Shown: piece after piece, positions 45,003 to 54,613 of the stretch
Position numbering within the stretch: the first letter of the stretch is position 1
Layout of the letters: every line of letters begins with the position of its first letter
Origin: Candidatus Anstonellaceae archaeon
GTDB lineage: Archaea > Micrarchaeota > Micrarchaeia > Anstonellales > Anstonellaceae
Direction of reading: 5' to 3'
Assembly: GCA_038891035.1 (NCBI GenBank)
Contig: JAWAEW010000004.1
Span: 4,728-68,727, forward strand
Length of the DNA: 64,000 nucleotides
Position numbers and translations under genes: made by a program
Notes under the pieces: model-generated
What the model saw: the letters and a program-made list of their open reading frames with translations, nothing else
What the model was told of the DNA's origin: nothing
Databases searched by the model: none

Positions 45003-45074
45003 TGGACCCGGGGGGATTCGAACCCCCGGCCTCCTGCTTGCAAAGCAGGCGCGCTACCACTGCGCCACAGGCCC
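45003..45074 (-). tRNA. tRNA-Ala (anticodon UGC), 72 nt, no encoded CCA
   Basis: Sense is GGGCCUG UG GCGC AGUGGUA GCGC G CCUGC UUUGCAA GCAGG AGGCC GGGGG UUCGAAU CCCCC CGGGUCC A. The G3:U70 alanine identity pair is present. A TATA-like atataaaaa lies about 30 nt upstream. Confidence 0.92.
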
Positions 45075-45133
45075 ACGCCAACGCTTGTTTTTTTCAAGGA
45101 AGCATTTTTATATCGAACTGCCAAACTTAACGC

Positions 45134-45469
45134 ATGGGCCTGCTTGAGCTAATCAAGAATATGCTTAAGCCTAAGTCCCCACTTGCTTCCCAGAAGGCAA
45201 AATGCCCAAAATGCTCTACCCAGCTTGAGCTTGGCGCAGAGCGCTGCCCTTCATGCGGAACTCATGTAGAATCGATGTTTGCTATTTCCTGCCCAAAATG
45301 CAAGGAGCAAAATCCACTTAGGGCAGAAAAATGCTCCAAATGTGGCTTTTCGTTTGTCCAGCAACAGGTAGGAACTGGGAAAGTGATTTATATCTGCCCA
45401 ATTTGCGGATACCGCGCCGATTATTTCATGCTTTCCTGCCCATCTTGCGGAGTAAAATTTGTAAGCTAA
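45134..45469 (+). CDS. multi zinc-ribbon protein (111 aa)
   Basis: Three CPxC..CxxCG pairs: CPKCSTQ..CPSCG, CPKCKEQ..CSKCG, CPICGYR..CPSCG. Confidence 0.7.
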   Translation: MGLLELIKNMLKPKSPLASQKAKCPKCSTQLELGAERCPSCGTHVESMFAISCPKCKEQNPLRAEKCSKCGFSFVQQQVGTGKVIYICPICGYRADYFMLSCPSCGVKFVS

Positions 45470-45870
45470 TTTATAAGCCTAAATTTGTAGCCATAGTGTA
45501 TAAGACCTTCTTCAGAATCTTCAATTATTCTTCTGAATACCATTTCAACTTTATCGCCTATACTGACTTTTTTTGCTCCTACAATCTGGGCAGTAAGCCG
45601 CGGTCCCTCATCAAGCTCTACAATTGCCAAAATATAGGGCACTTGCTTTTCAAATCCAGCAGGCCCGGCGGTCACCTCAGTAAAGGAATATATTTTGCCC
45701 CTGCCTGAAAATTGCCTGCTTTCTATTTTTCCTTTCCTGCGGCACTTTGGGCAAAGCTTTCTTGCAGGAAAGTAGCTGGTTTGACAATTTCGACAATATG
45801 TACCAACCAGCCTATATCTTTCTGGTATCCTTCTCCAGGTTATTGCAAGGTTTTCAGATGGCAAGTTCAT
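45466..45870 (-). CDS. DUF35 OB-fold/zinc-ribbon protein (scaffold of the archaeal thiolase/HMG-CoA synthase complex)
   Basis: CRNCQTSYFPARKLCPKCRRKG zinc ribbon plus an OB-fold-like C-terminus. It lies directly downstream of the thiolase gene. Confidence 0.85.
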   Translation of the reverse strand: MNLPSENLAITWRRIPERYRLVGTYCRNCQTSYFPARKLCPKCRRKGKIESRQFSGRGKIYSFTEVTAGPAGFEKQVPYILAIVELDEGPRLTAQIVGAKKVSIGDKVEMVFRRIIEDSEEGLIHYGYKFRLIN

Positions 45871-45875
45871 CCCCC

Positions 45876-47036
45876 CTAAACTTTCCTGAATATATGCACC
45901 ACCGCAGTAGCTCCAGAGCCGCCTACATTATGAGTCATGCCAATTTCGCAGTCTTTTACCTGCCTGCCTTCTGCCTTTCCACGAAGCTGCCAGACAATTT
46001 CCACAGCTTGCTTTACCCCAGTTGCGCCAACCGGATGACCGCAACCTTTCAGCCCTCCAGAGGTGTTTACTGAAATTTCTGCATTAAGTGCAGTTTTTCC
46101 CTCCTCTGATGCCTTCCCTCCTTCACCCTTTGGGAAAAAGCCCAAATCCTCTATTGCCATAATTTCAGCAATCGTAAAGCAGTCATGAACCTCCACAACA
46201 TCAATGTCTTTTGGGGAGAGTCCGGCTTGCTGATAAGCTTTTTTTGCTGCAATTTTCGTGCTTTTTAGCTCAGTCATGTTTTCCCTTGAGTGAAGTGCAA
46301 GCACATCTGAGGCCTGTGCAGATGCGACTATTTCAATTGGCTGCTCACAGTAGTGCTTTGCCTTTTCAAGCGGCATCAGAATTGCTGCTGCAGCGCCATC
46401 TGTAATGGGCGAGCAGTCAAAAAGCTTAAGCGGAGATGCGATGTATTTGCTTTTCATCACAGTTTCCACAGTTATCTCATTTTGGAAATGAGCATACTTG
46501 TTTTTGGCGGCGTTTGCATGGTTTTTAACTGCAACTGAAGCCATCTGCTCTTCTGTTGTGCCGTACTGGTGCATGTGCCTTCGTGCCATAAGAGCATAAA
46601 TTGCAGGAAAAGTTGCTCCCATAAAAAGCTCCCATTCTTGGTCACCTGCTCCACCAAGTGCAGAGGCAACTTCATTGCCAGGGGTGTCAGTCATCTTCTC
46701 CACCCCACCAACCACTACGCAATCATGCATGCCAGAGGCAACTGCCAAGTATCCTGTCCGCAGTGCAACCCCCCCAGAGGCGCAAGCCGCCTCCACTCTG
46801 GTAGATGGGATGGGTGTAAGGCCCATAAAGTCTGCCACCAATGCACCTACATGCTCCTGCCCAACCAGTGAACCAGGGGCCATGGTCCCAATATAAAGTG
46901 CGTCAATCTCTTCCCCATGAAGATTGGCATCCTCTACCGCTCTTACTCCTGCTTCAATTATCATATCTCTAAATCCACGTGTCCATTCTTCCCCGAATTT
47001 ACTCATCCCTACGCCAACTATTGCAACTCTTCTCAT
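45876..47036 (-). CDS. acetyl-CoA C-acetyltransferase (archaeal thiolase)
   Basis: Has MRRVAIVGVGMSKFG.., the active-site region ..VEAACASGG.., and C-terminal ..GHPVGATG.. and ..NVGGSGAT... Confidence 0.9.
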   Translation of the reverse strand: MRRVAIVGVGMSKFGEEWTRGFRDMIIEAGVRAVEDANLHGEEIDALYIGTMAPGSLVGQEHVGALVADFMGLTPIPSTRVEAACASGGVALRTGYLAVASGMHDCVVVGGVEKMTDTPGNEVASALGGAGDQEWELFMGATFPAIYALMARRHMHQYGTTEEQMASVAVKNHANAAKNKYAHFQNEITVETVMKSKYIASPLKLFDCSPITDGAAAAILMPLEKAKHYCEQPIEIVASAQASDVLALHSRENMTELKSTKIAAKKAYQQAGLSPKDIDVVEVHDCFTIAEIMAIEDLGFFPKGEGGKASEEGKTALNAEISVNTSGGLKGCGHPVGATGVKQAVEIVWQLRGKAEGRQVKDCEIGMTHNVGGSGATAVVHIFRKV

Positions 47037-47040
47037 ACAA

Positions 47041-48096
47041 TCACATTTTCAGCTTGCCCCTATTCTTTACATAAATTGCATAATCCACATACTCTTTGTC
47101 ATTTATGTAGTCTTGTAGGCGCCTTCCTTTGTACGCTTCCCTTTTCTGCAGCAGTACATCAGTTACTCGAATAGCAAAGGCATCTGAGCCTGCACCTGAG
47201 CCAAAAGACGTAAGAAGAATTCTCTGCTCAGGCTTTGCAATATCCAACACACCGCAAAGCCCAATCAAAGAAGCGCCAGAATACGTGTTGCCAATTATCG
47301 GAGTGAAAAGCCCTGGCTTGACTTTTTCTGGGTCAATTCCCATCTTTTTTGCAGCTTCGATGGGAAATTTGCCGTTTGGCTGGTGAAATACAAAATAATC
47401 ATAATCAGCAGCTCGTGTTCCTGTCTTTTCAAAAAGAGCCTGTGTAGCCCCAATAACATGTCTGAAATAAGCAGGTGCTCCTGTGAACCTGCCTCCGTGC
47501 GAAGGATATTGGGCGTGCTGCCTCCTCCAAAAATCCGGAGTATCTGTAGTAAAAGAGCAGGTGGCCTCAATTTCTGCAATTATTTCCTCTCTTTGCCTTC
47601 CTATCAAAAATGCAGCCGCCCCCGCAGAAGCAGTATATTCCAAAGCATCCCCTGGTCTTCCTTGTGCGGTGTCTGAGCCAATCGCAAGCCCGTATCGTAT
47701 CATCCCTGCACCTACCATTCCCATGCACATCTGAATGCCAGCCGTCCCTGCTTTGCAGGCAAATTCCAAATCAGCTGCAGTAAGATTGGGGGTGGCACCT
47801 ATTGCCTCTGCCACAATAGTTGCAGTCGGCTTTACTGCATAAGGGTGAGATTCAGAACCAACATATACCGCGCCGATGGCTTCAGGATCCAGTTTTGCAA
47901 AAGCAATTGCATTTCTTGCAGCCTCAACTGCAAGAGTGGCAGCATCCTCGTCTATAGCTGGAATTGATTTTTCCATCACTCCAAGGCCCTTGGTTATTCG
48001 CTCGCCCTCTTCTCCCCATACACGGGCTATCTCTTCAGTTTTTATTCTGTATCTTGGAACATATGCACCATACCCTACTATTCCAACTGATTGCAT
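47041..48096 (-). CDS. hydroxymethylglutaryl-CoA synthase (archaeal)
   Basis: Has [18 protein letters not shown].., ..[15 protein letters not shown].., ..EFACKAGT.. and ..FHQPNGKFP... Confidence 0.9.
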   Translation of the reverse strand: MQSVGIVGYGAYVPRYRIKTEEIARVWGEEGERITKGLGVMEKSIPAIDEDAATLAVEAARNAIAFAKLDPEAIGAVYVGSESHPYAVKPTATIVAEAIGATPNLTAADLEFACKAGTAGIQMCMGMVGAGMIRYGLAIGSDTAQGRPGDALEYTASAGAAAFLIGRQREEIIAEIEATCSFTTDTPDFWRRQHAQYPSHGGRFTGAPAYFRHVIGATQALFEKTGTRAADYDYFVFHQPNGKFPIEAAKKMGIDPEKVKPGLFTPIIGNTYSGASLIGLCGVLDIAKPEQRILLTSFGSGAGSDAFAIRVTDVLLQKREAYKGRRLQDYINDKEYVDYAIYVKNRGKLKM

Positions 48097-48104
48097 GGTT
48101 TCAC

Positions 48105-48788
48105 CTAAATTTTGTTGAGCACTTCCTTTATCTTTGGAACCTCCATAGAAGTGATTATAACAGGAATCTGCTCGCGCTCTGCTATCTTTATTGCAAGTGG
48201 GTCAACCTCCTTTATTCCGTGAAGAACCACCACCGAAGGCTTCATAGGTGTTACTCTGATTACTACCATAGGGCTTCTCCCTGTCGAAACCTGCGTGAAT
48301 ATAAATGCCCTCTCTGACATTGTCCCATAAAGCTTGGGAAATTGGCTGTAAGGCATCTCCAGGATTATCTTCAAACTCTCCATCAAGGTGTACCCATAAA
48401 GCTTTTTGACTTTCATCAACTCCTCATTTGCCACCACGCTTCCGCCTATCAGCTTTTGGAAATCTATTGCAGAGATGCTAGTTGCAAATTCATGAAGCTC
48501 AAAATACTGGTCGGTTTTATCCGCCCCCTGAAGCAGCTTGGATAATATCGGGCTTCCGCGCTCCAAGTCGATTTGGATAAGCGCATTTACGAATCTTTTT
48601 ATTACTCCTGAACCAGGCGACTTGCGTCGGTTTCCTTCATAGTCGCTTATAGTCGAAGGCGAGATTTTCAGCACAGAAGCAAGCTCTGCTTGGGTAATTG
48701 CAAATATCTCTCTCCATTTTTTCATGGTGGAGCCGGGTGTAGGACTGAGAGTTATTTCCCCTGCTATCTCGTTTTTGAGTTTTTCCAT
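48105..48788 (-). CDS. XRE-type helix-turn-helix transcriptional regulator (227 aa)
   Basis: ..[34 protein letters not shown].. is a canonical HTH_3 motif. The C-terminal domain is not recognised. Confidence 0.7.
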   Translation of the reverse strand: MEKLKNEIAGEITLSPTPGSTMKKWREIFAITQAELASVLKISPSTISDYEGNRRKSPGSGVIKRFVNALIQIDLERGSPILSKLLQGADKTDQYFELHEFATSISAIDFQKLIGGSVVANEELMKVKKLYGYTLMESLKIILEMPYSQFPKLYGTMSERAFIFTQVSTGRSPMVVIRVTPMKPSVVVLHGIKEVDPLAIKIAEREQIPVIITSMEVPKIKEVLNKI

Positions 48789-48890
48789 TAGTTGCCTTTT
48801 TCATTCAAAGCATTTTAAATATTATCGAATTTGAATTTGGCATTTGTCGTATAAAATGGTTTTAAATCCTACCTTCATTCTCCTTAATTT

Positions 48891-49409
48891 ATGGTGCTTT
48901 CCAACCAAGATATCAAGGCTGAAATAAAAAGAGGGCGGCTTAAGTTTTTTCCTAAGCTTTCTGAAGACCAAATAGGTCCTTCTTCAGTGGATCTGACTTT
49001 GTCAGGCACCTTTTGGGTGTTTAAAGGAAAATATTTAGGCAAAACAGTGGACCTTTCAAAAGTTGGATTTCAGCAAGCAATTCAAAAGCACAAAGGCAAT
49101 TGCATAACCCTTGCGCCAGGCCAGATGTGCCTTGGCGTAACGAAAGAGCGAATTAGCATGCCAAACGACCTCATCGGCACCCTGGAAGGAAGAAGCAGAT
49201 ATGCAAGAATGGGGCTTGCAGTCCACGTTACCTCTGCTCTCGTTCATCCAGGCTCAAACAATCGCCAAGTGCTTGAAATAGTAAATTTTGCCCCTTTTGC
49301 AGTAACAATAAAAGAAGGCATGAGAATCAGTCAGGTGGTGTTTGAAAGACTGGAAACACCAACCTCGATGCCTTATTCAAAATATGGAAAAGTGGCAAGA
49401 AAACAGTAA
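48891..49409 (+). CDS. dcd: dCTP deaminase
   Basis: Has MVLSNQDIK..GRL..PSSVDLTL.. and ..GRSRYARMGL... Confidence 0.8.
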   Translation: MVLSNQDIKAEIKRGRLKFFPKLSEDQIGPSSVDLTLSGTFWVFKGKYLGKTVDLSKVGFQQAIQKHKGNCITLAPGQMCLGVTKERISMPNDLIGTLEGRSRYARMGLAVHVTSALVHPGSNNRQVLEIVNFAPFAVTIKEGMRISQVVFERLETPTSMPYSKYGKVARKQ

Positions 49410-49411
49410 TT

Positions 49412-51151
49412 CTAAATCAGAGTTTTTTTGGTGAGAGAGATTATTTCATAAAGCAGCTCAATCTCTTCCTTTTCTAATTGGCCTTTAGCTTCAAGCTCCC
49501 TACCTTCGTTTGAAGTAATATAAGTATAAAGGTAGTCATGCTCAGAAAAGGATTTGCCACAAACTGCACCTTCAACAGAGATTGCTACCTGTTCTCCCTT
49601 CTTTGCAAACTGAAGCCCTTTGCCTTCCTTTTGTATCTCTCGCACTTCCCCTACAACCTCTCCAGTAGCAGTCATCAGCCTCACTCCTTTCTTTAACCTC
49701 CCTGCCACTACCTCAATTCCAAATATCGCAGGCTTGCTGGAGCGGAAGGTACATCCGGGAAGGACTAAAAGCTTTGCAGGCAAAGGCAACTTCTCTGCTG
49801 CAGCTTTTGCATGGCTTTTTTTTTGCTCTTCTACCCAGTTTAAATAGTCTTGGCAAAGCGCATAAATCACACTGGAAGAAAATATTTTTACTCCAAGCCT
49901 TGCAGCCTCTTCATAAGCTTCCTCCTCAGCTTCAATATTGAATACAAGTATTACTCCAAGATAAGGATTGGAGGAAGCCACCACTGAAGCATCTATTACA
50001 TCCTTGCGAGTCACTTTCCCTATCCCTGCTCTTTTTATCTCCACTCCGCTGTTTAAAAGCAGCTTCCGCAGTGCCTCAAGCGAGCCTAAGGTGTCTGCCT
50101 TTATAATTACCCCGTTTTTTCCACTATCTTGAAGTATGTTTTTTATCATCGCATCAATTTCTGCCCCTTCGCCTTCCTGTCCTACAACCACAGGTGAGCC
50201 TGGGAGTGCATCCTGAAGCCCAGGCGCATATATTTTTATGCCGCAGGCTGCAACAGCCTCCTCTACATATTCGTATTTTTCTTTATCGGTTGGGCGAAGC
50301 TTGGGCTTAAGCAGTGCCCGAACCCTGACTGAGGCAGCCCCATTTATAGTCCCAAAAACTATCTGATCGTTTTTGCGAAGCCTTCCTTCATACAAGATTA
50401 TATCCATGGTGGTGCCCAAACCTTTCTCCTCTTTTACTTCAAGCACAGTCCCTCTTGCAGGCTGGTCTTCCTTTCTGGCAAGCTCTCGCTCAAGGAATCT
50501 CTGGGCTAACCCTGCTACGGTAAGCAGAAGCTCAGGCACACCTTCAGAAGTCCTTGCAGAAACTGGAATAATTGCAACCTGCCTCGTAAAGTCCTTTATT
50601 CTATCAAATCTTTCAGCTGAAAACCCATATTCTGCAAGCGACCCTACTATTCGGTAAATCATCTCCTCCAGCCTGGCTTGCACTTGGGGCTTTTGCATTT
50701 CAATTGAGAAAATTATAGCGCATCCTCCGTCCTGGCCCTTCCATCCTTCCACCAAATCAATCTTGTTTGCAGCAACTACAAACGGGGTCTTGAATTCCTT
50801 AAGTATCATCAGGCTTTCCTTAGTTTGGGGCTGGAAGCCTGCAGTCAAATCTACTACCAATATCGCAATATCTGCAATGCTGCCACCGCGCTGGCGCAGA
50901 TGCGTAAACGCCTCATGCCCAGGAGTGTCGATGAAAAGAAGGCCCGGTATGGAAAATTTTGGGAGAGTGGCCATTGCCCTACTGCAGGCAGCCTTTATGT
51001 CTTCAAGCGAAATTTCTGAAGCTCCAATATGCTGAGTTATTGCCCCTGCCTCTTTTTTTGCAACGTTTGTTTTCCGTATAGCATCAAGAAGCGTAGTCTT
51101 GCCGTGGTCGACATGACCCATTACTACAACTATCGGCTGGCGAAGAGGCAT
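49412..51151 (-). CDS. infB: translation initiation factor aIF5B (IF-2 homologue)
   Basis: Start set at MPLRQPIVVVMGHVDHGKTTLLD.., 4 nt after the upstream stop; the ORF track extends to 51259 into the neighbouring gene. G motifs are GHVDHGKT, DTPGH and NKID. Confidence 0.92.
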   Translation of the reverse strand: MPLRQPIVVVMGHVDHGKTTLLDAIRKTNVAKKEAGAITQHIGASEISLEDIKAACSRAMATLPKFSIPGLLFIDTPGHEAFTHLRQRGGSIADIAILVVDLTAGFQPQTKESLMILKEFKTPFVVAANKIDLVEGWKGQDGGCAIIFSIEMQKPQVQARLEEMIYRIVGSLAEYGFSAERFDRIKDFTRQVAIIPVSARTSEGVPELLLTVAGLAQRFLERELARKEDQPARGTVLEVKEEKGLGTTMDIILYEGRLRKNDQIVFGTINGAASVRVRALLKPKLRPTDKEKYEYVEEAVAACGIKIYAPGLQDALPGSPVVVGQEGEGAEIDAMIKNILQDSGKNGVIIKADTLGSLEALRKLLLNSGVEIKRAGIGKVTRKDVIDASVVASSNPYLGVILVFNIEAEEEAYEEAARLGVKIFSSSVIYALCQDYLNWVEEQKKSHAKAAAEKLPLPAKLLVLPGCTFRSSKPAIFGIEVVAGRLKKGVRLMTATGEVVGEVREIQKEGKGLQFAKKGEQVAISVEGAVCGKSFSEHDYLYTYITSNEGRELEAKGQLEKEEIELLYEIISLTKKTLI

Positions 51152-51155
51152 GCTT

Positions 51156-51644
51156 TCACCTATTTTCCCCAAGATAGCGGCCAGTATAGCCAAAGCTGGC
51201 TTTTTTGGACATTTTGACAAAGACCAATTGGGCAACTCTTGCATCCTTATGAAGCACAATCCCCTTTGGGTTATGCACTAAAAGAAGCGATTCGCTTCTT
51301 CCATGGTACCCGGGGTCCCACAATGCACAAGCCACATCTACCCCGCACCTCAAAAGAGAAGAGCGTGGGAATCCTAAGCCAGCGTACTCCAACGGAATCC
51401 TAACATATTCGTTGTAAATTATCTTGTAGCATCCTTGCCTTAACCTAACCTTTCCATCCTTAAACTCAATTTTTTTTGTTCTGCTTATCTTGCGCGAGGA
51501 GTTGTCAAAATCTATTTCTCCTTCAGTCTGAAATGCATGTACCTCCTTCAAAGTCAAATCTACGCCGGCCGGCTGGACTTGAACCCTTTCATCTTTCATT
51601 CCAACAAAGCAAGCTGCCTGCTTTCCTGTCAATATCATGCTCAA
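51156..51644 (-). CDS. dut: dUTP diphosphatase of the dCTP-deaminase-like family (archaeal Dut)
   Basis: ..VQPAGVDLTL.., ..PRSSLLRCG.. and ..DPGYHGR... The size (162 aa) is typical of the archaeal Dcd-like dUTPase. Distinguishing Dut from Dcd needs an alignment. Confidence 0.65.
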   Translation of the reverse strand: MSMILTGKQAACFVGMKDERVQVQPAGVDLTLKEVHAFQTEGEIDFDNSSRKISRTKKIEFKDGKVRLRQGCYKIIYNEYVRIPLEYAGLGFPRSSLLRCGVDVACALWDPGYHGRSESLLLVHNPKGIVLHKDARVAQLVFVKMSKKASFGYTGRYLGENR

Positions 51645-51674
51645 AGTTTAAGCCACACGTTATTAAAAATCTGC

Positions 51675-52685
51675 TCAAAATGCAGTGAATCCTAAAACGC
51701 ACACTAATGAAATTAGTAAATTATCATCTCCATTTTGGAAGCTTTCTGCAACTGCTGCCAAGGCAGCAACCAAAAGCGAATGGGTCCCGAAAGCAGCAAC
51801 TGGCAGACAAGCAGCAAGAAATGAAAGAGTACCTTCTGCAGTTTTGCTTTTGTTGTAAGGAAGCTTTATTTGTCCCTTTCTTCCTATCAGAGTGCTTGCG
51901 GCATCTCCTGCTCCCAATATGAAAATTGAGGCCACTATCTCTTCATTTAGAGGCAGAAGAGTGATTGCTGCAAGTGCGCCTGCAAAAAGGGTGATTGCCC
52001 CATAACCTGGAACAAGCGAGGGCCGGTCAAAGAGAGCAAGAAAAAAATCAGCAAAGCGAAATCCCGCAGTATGGAGCCATGAAATAATCATTCCTAATGC
52101 CAGAAAGACACACGTCAATACTGCTCCAAACGTTGCCCCGAAAATCCACACAATTGCAGCAATGCCTGCACAGGCTGCAAAATGCACAATTTGTCTTGCC
52201 TCTTCAGCTGGTGCAAATGCAGTCAAGCCTTTCGGCAGTGCAAAAGCGGCTTTATATATGTGCTGGGTAAGCATGCAAGGCAGAATGGAAAGTGCAAGCC
52301 CAGCAGCCACCTCAGTAAAAGTATGAACCCCAAGATAAATGCGGGAGAATGCAACTAACCATGCGAATGCAAAATAAAGCAAAAACAGTCTGCTTGGAAG
52401 GAAAGCAGCAGCCAAAGTGAATGCAACAAGAGAATGCATGGAAGGTAAAGAATAGTCAGAGGGACAGGCTACAAAAGAGGTCGTCTCTATGCAAGGCCTA
52501 TCCTTTGCAAGCAGATTCTTCATGCCAAAACCAAGCAGAATTGCCACCGCTATCGCAATCACTGCAAAAATCGTCCTTTTCCTCTCATTAAACAATAAAG
52601 AAAGTGCGACAAGCCCGGCAATAATAAACGCAAAATTATGAAGCTCATGCAGTAGAAGAGAGAAAGTATGAACTAAGTCCAGCAT
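51675..52685 (-). CDS. fusion protein: N-terminal PAP2 lipid phosphatase plus C-terminal polyprenol (dolichol/phytol) kinase-like domain
   Basis: PAP2 motifs are KNLLAKDRP, PSMHS and SRIYLGVHTFTEV. The C-terminal AGDAASTLIGRKGQIKLPYNKSKTAEGTLSF resembles the GDxxAxxxGxxxGxxKLPxNxxKSxxGS block of the dolichol/phytol kinase (CTP_transf_1) family. Confidence 0.7.
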   Translation of the reverse strand: MLDLVHTFSLLLHELHNFAFIIAGLVALSLLFNERKRTIFAVIAIAVAILLGFGMKNLLAKDRPCIETTSFVACPSDYSLPSMHSLVAFTLAAAFLPSRLFLLYFAFAWLVAFSRIYLGVHTFTEVAAGLALSILPCMLTQHIYKAAFALPKGLTAFAPAEEARQIVHFAACAGIAAIVWIFGATFGAVLTCVFLALGMIISWLHTAGFRFADFFLALFDRPSLVPGYGAITLFAGALAAITLLPLNEEIVASIFILGAGDAASTLIGRKGQIKLPYNKSKTAEGTLSFLAACLPVAAFGTHSLLVAALAAVAESFQNGDDNLLISLVCVLGFTAF

Positions 52686-52737
52686 ATGGTTTAGCTTTTG
52701 GCTGATGGCTTTTATTATTTACCTTCTAAGTAAAGTC

Positions 52738-53820
52738 ATGGCACAAAAAAAGCCTCGGCAAGCAACCTTGACAGAAATGCAGGAAGACAAGCCAGACCAA
52801 GTGGATGCATTGGTGGCAAAAGCGTTTGATTCAGACCCTTCAGTGCGGCTTCAGGTTGCGCGCGAGCTTGGGAAAATAGACGACCCGCGGTCAGTATTTG
52901 CTCTGATTGAGCTTTCCTCAGATAAAGATGAGCAAGTCAGGCAAGCAGCACAGCAGTCGCTTGACAATTTCAAGGACGAAGAAAAAGAAGCAATCGTTTC
53001 ACTCGAAAAGCTTCTTGCAGAAAGAAAGGAATCCAGCCAGCAGTCATCCTCCTCTTCCAAAGTTTCACAGCTTATGGTTCCTACAATTGAGAAGCTATTT
53101 TCGCATTATGAGCCTCAAAAAAGAGAATCTGTCAAAAAGAAGCTTTTTCCCTCGCTTCAAAAGCTTTTTGGGTTTTCAAAGCAAGACTTAGACCCGCTTC
53201 AAGGGTTGGACAAAATAGGCACAGTTGAAAAGGAAGAACCCCTAAATGAGGAGCCAAAGCCGCAAAACGCATCCAATTTCCCAATTGGTCAGCACCAGGA
53301 GCCAGCACTTCCGCAAAGAGAAGAAACGCCAGTAAAGGAGGAAGAGCTGGACGAAGCCCCAGTTGAGCAAGGAAGGCTTTTTGAGATTGCATACAAACTT
53401 GCAACTACTCCAGGAATTGGAAAAGCTGATCTTAAGCGTGAGCAAAACAGGCTGCTCTCAAACTTCAAAAAAGAGCTTTCGCTTGCATTCAAGTTGGCAG
53501 CTGCAAAAGCAGCCCAGGAAGGCCTTGCAAGCTTTTCTGGCCTCAAGCCAGGGATGAAAAATCTATCATTTGCAGAAATGCAAATAGTCTCAATTTCTGA
53601 TGCTGGGCACTTTGAAGGGACACGAAAGAAACCATATGCAAAAATCAAGCTAACTGATGGACACAGAGAGCAGTCAGTCCTAATCCCGGTGGAACGAGCA
53701 GAAGGTTTAAGGCCACAAGACAAAATTATCCTAAAAAATGTTTCAGTAGATTTCCTTGTTGAAACCCAAGAAGTAGTTCTGCTTGTCAAGCCAAAAAGCA
53801 AAATCCTTTTAGTCAAGTAG
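52738..53820 (+). CDS. HEAT-repeat protein with acidic/low-complexity middle and OB-like C-terminus
   Basis: DSDPSVRLQVARELGKIDDPRSVFALIELSSDKDEQVRQAAQQSL is a PBS-lyase HEAT-like repeat. The ATG at 52738 lies about 20 nt downstream of the TATA-like ttttattattta; the ORF track starts at 52705. Confidence 0.6.
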   Translation: MAQKKPRQATLTEMQEDKPDQVDALVAKAFDSDPSVRLQVARELGKIDDPRSVFALIELSSDKDEQVRQAAQQSLDNFKDEEKEAIVSLEKLLAERKESSQQSSSSSKVSQLMVPTIEKLFSHYEPQKRESVKKKLFPSLQKLFGFSKQDLDPLQGLDKIGTVEKEEPLNEEPKPQNASNFPIGQHQEPALPQREETPVKEEELDEAPVEQGRLFEIAYKLATTPGIGKADLKREQNRLLSNFKKELSLAFKLAAAKAAQEGLASFSGLKPGMKNLSFAEMQIVSISDAGHFEGTRKKPYAKIKLTDGHREQSVLIPVERAEGLRPQDKIILKNVSVDFLVETQEVVLLVKPKSKILLVK

Positions 53821-54549
53821 CCTCTCCTGCTCTTTCATCAGCCTTTTTACTTTTGCAATCCTTTTGAGCAACGATGGGTGGGCGCTCAAAGGCAGGAGAT
53901 TTACAATCTTTTCAGCCAGTCTTGCGTTTTCCCAGAAATTTTCAAGTACTTCAAGCAGCTCTTTCCCATAGCCCATCATTACTGCAAAGCGATCAGCTTG
54001 GTATTCCTCTTTGCGTTTGATTTTTTTTGCATGCAAACGCTTCAGCAAGTCAAAAAAGCAGGAGGCAAATTCTATCATTCCGCACGCTTTTTGAGATATA
54101 TTGCTCCTCCAACATCGGCGTATTGCATTTTCAAGATGCTTAAAGCTCAATAAAATCTCCAAATTTTCATCATCGTTTTTGTCGCCCAAACCTATGTGTC
54201 CAATCTCATGAGCTATAACTGCAAGAAGCTGCCCGTCATTTGCTTCCTTCAGCAAAGGGGTGCTGAGGAAAATGTTCATGCTTTTTGAAGTAAATGCATT
54301 CCATCTGGAGTCCTCAAAGCTCAAAAAGAATATTTCTTCTGCTTTTGCCACCTGTAGCATCCTCTGAACCTCTGCAAGGATTTGCGGGCGATCTTTGGCG
54401 AGGTTTACAATGCTTACGCCAACTGCAGAAGGAACAGTCCTTATTCCATCAGCCCCAAATATAGGTATCTTCTTCCATTCATTTTCCTTTCTTGGCAAAG
54501 TTGGCTGCTTGCAAGAGTCACTCTGAATCGGCTGGTTTGGCTTTTGCAT
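53809..54549 (-). CDS. zinc metallopeptidase (HExxH, M48/WLM-like)
   Basis: LLAVIAHEIGHIGLGD contains HExxH. The 3' end overlaps the convergent gene by 12 nt. Confidence 0.6.
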   Translation of the reverse strand: MQKPNQPIQSDSCKQPTLPRKENEWKKIPIFGADGIRTVPSAVGVSIVNLAKDRPQILAEVQRMLQVAKAEEIFFLSFEDSRWNAFTSKSMNIFLSTPLLKEANDGQLLAVIAHEIGHIGLGDKNDDENLEILLSFKHLENAIRRCWRSNISQKACGMIEFASCFFDLLKRLHAKKIKRKEEYQADRFAVMMGYGKELLEVLENFWENARLAEKIVNLLPLSAHPSLLKRIAKVKRLMKEQERLLD

Positions 54550-54613
54550 GCTGATTTTATGCTACAAAGTGTTTATAAGTTTGTGTTTAAAAGTGAATTT
54601 ACACGTAAAATGG

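Noticed and set aside
36000-45074. Calling the A+T-rich block an integrated mobile element with tRNA-Ala as its att site.
   Set aside because: I looked near 35990-36070 for a direct repeat of the tRNA-Ala 3' end (tggacccggggggattcgaacc) and found none. There is no integrase, recombinase, transposase or replication gene in the block. It is reported as compositionally foreign cargo only.
53289-53816. 175-aa minus-strand ORF, together with 53132-53404 and 53242-53445.
   Set aside because: These are antisense to the HEAT-repeat protein's low-complexity region, and no independent support was found.
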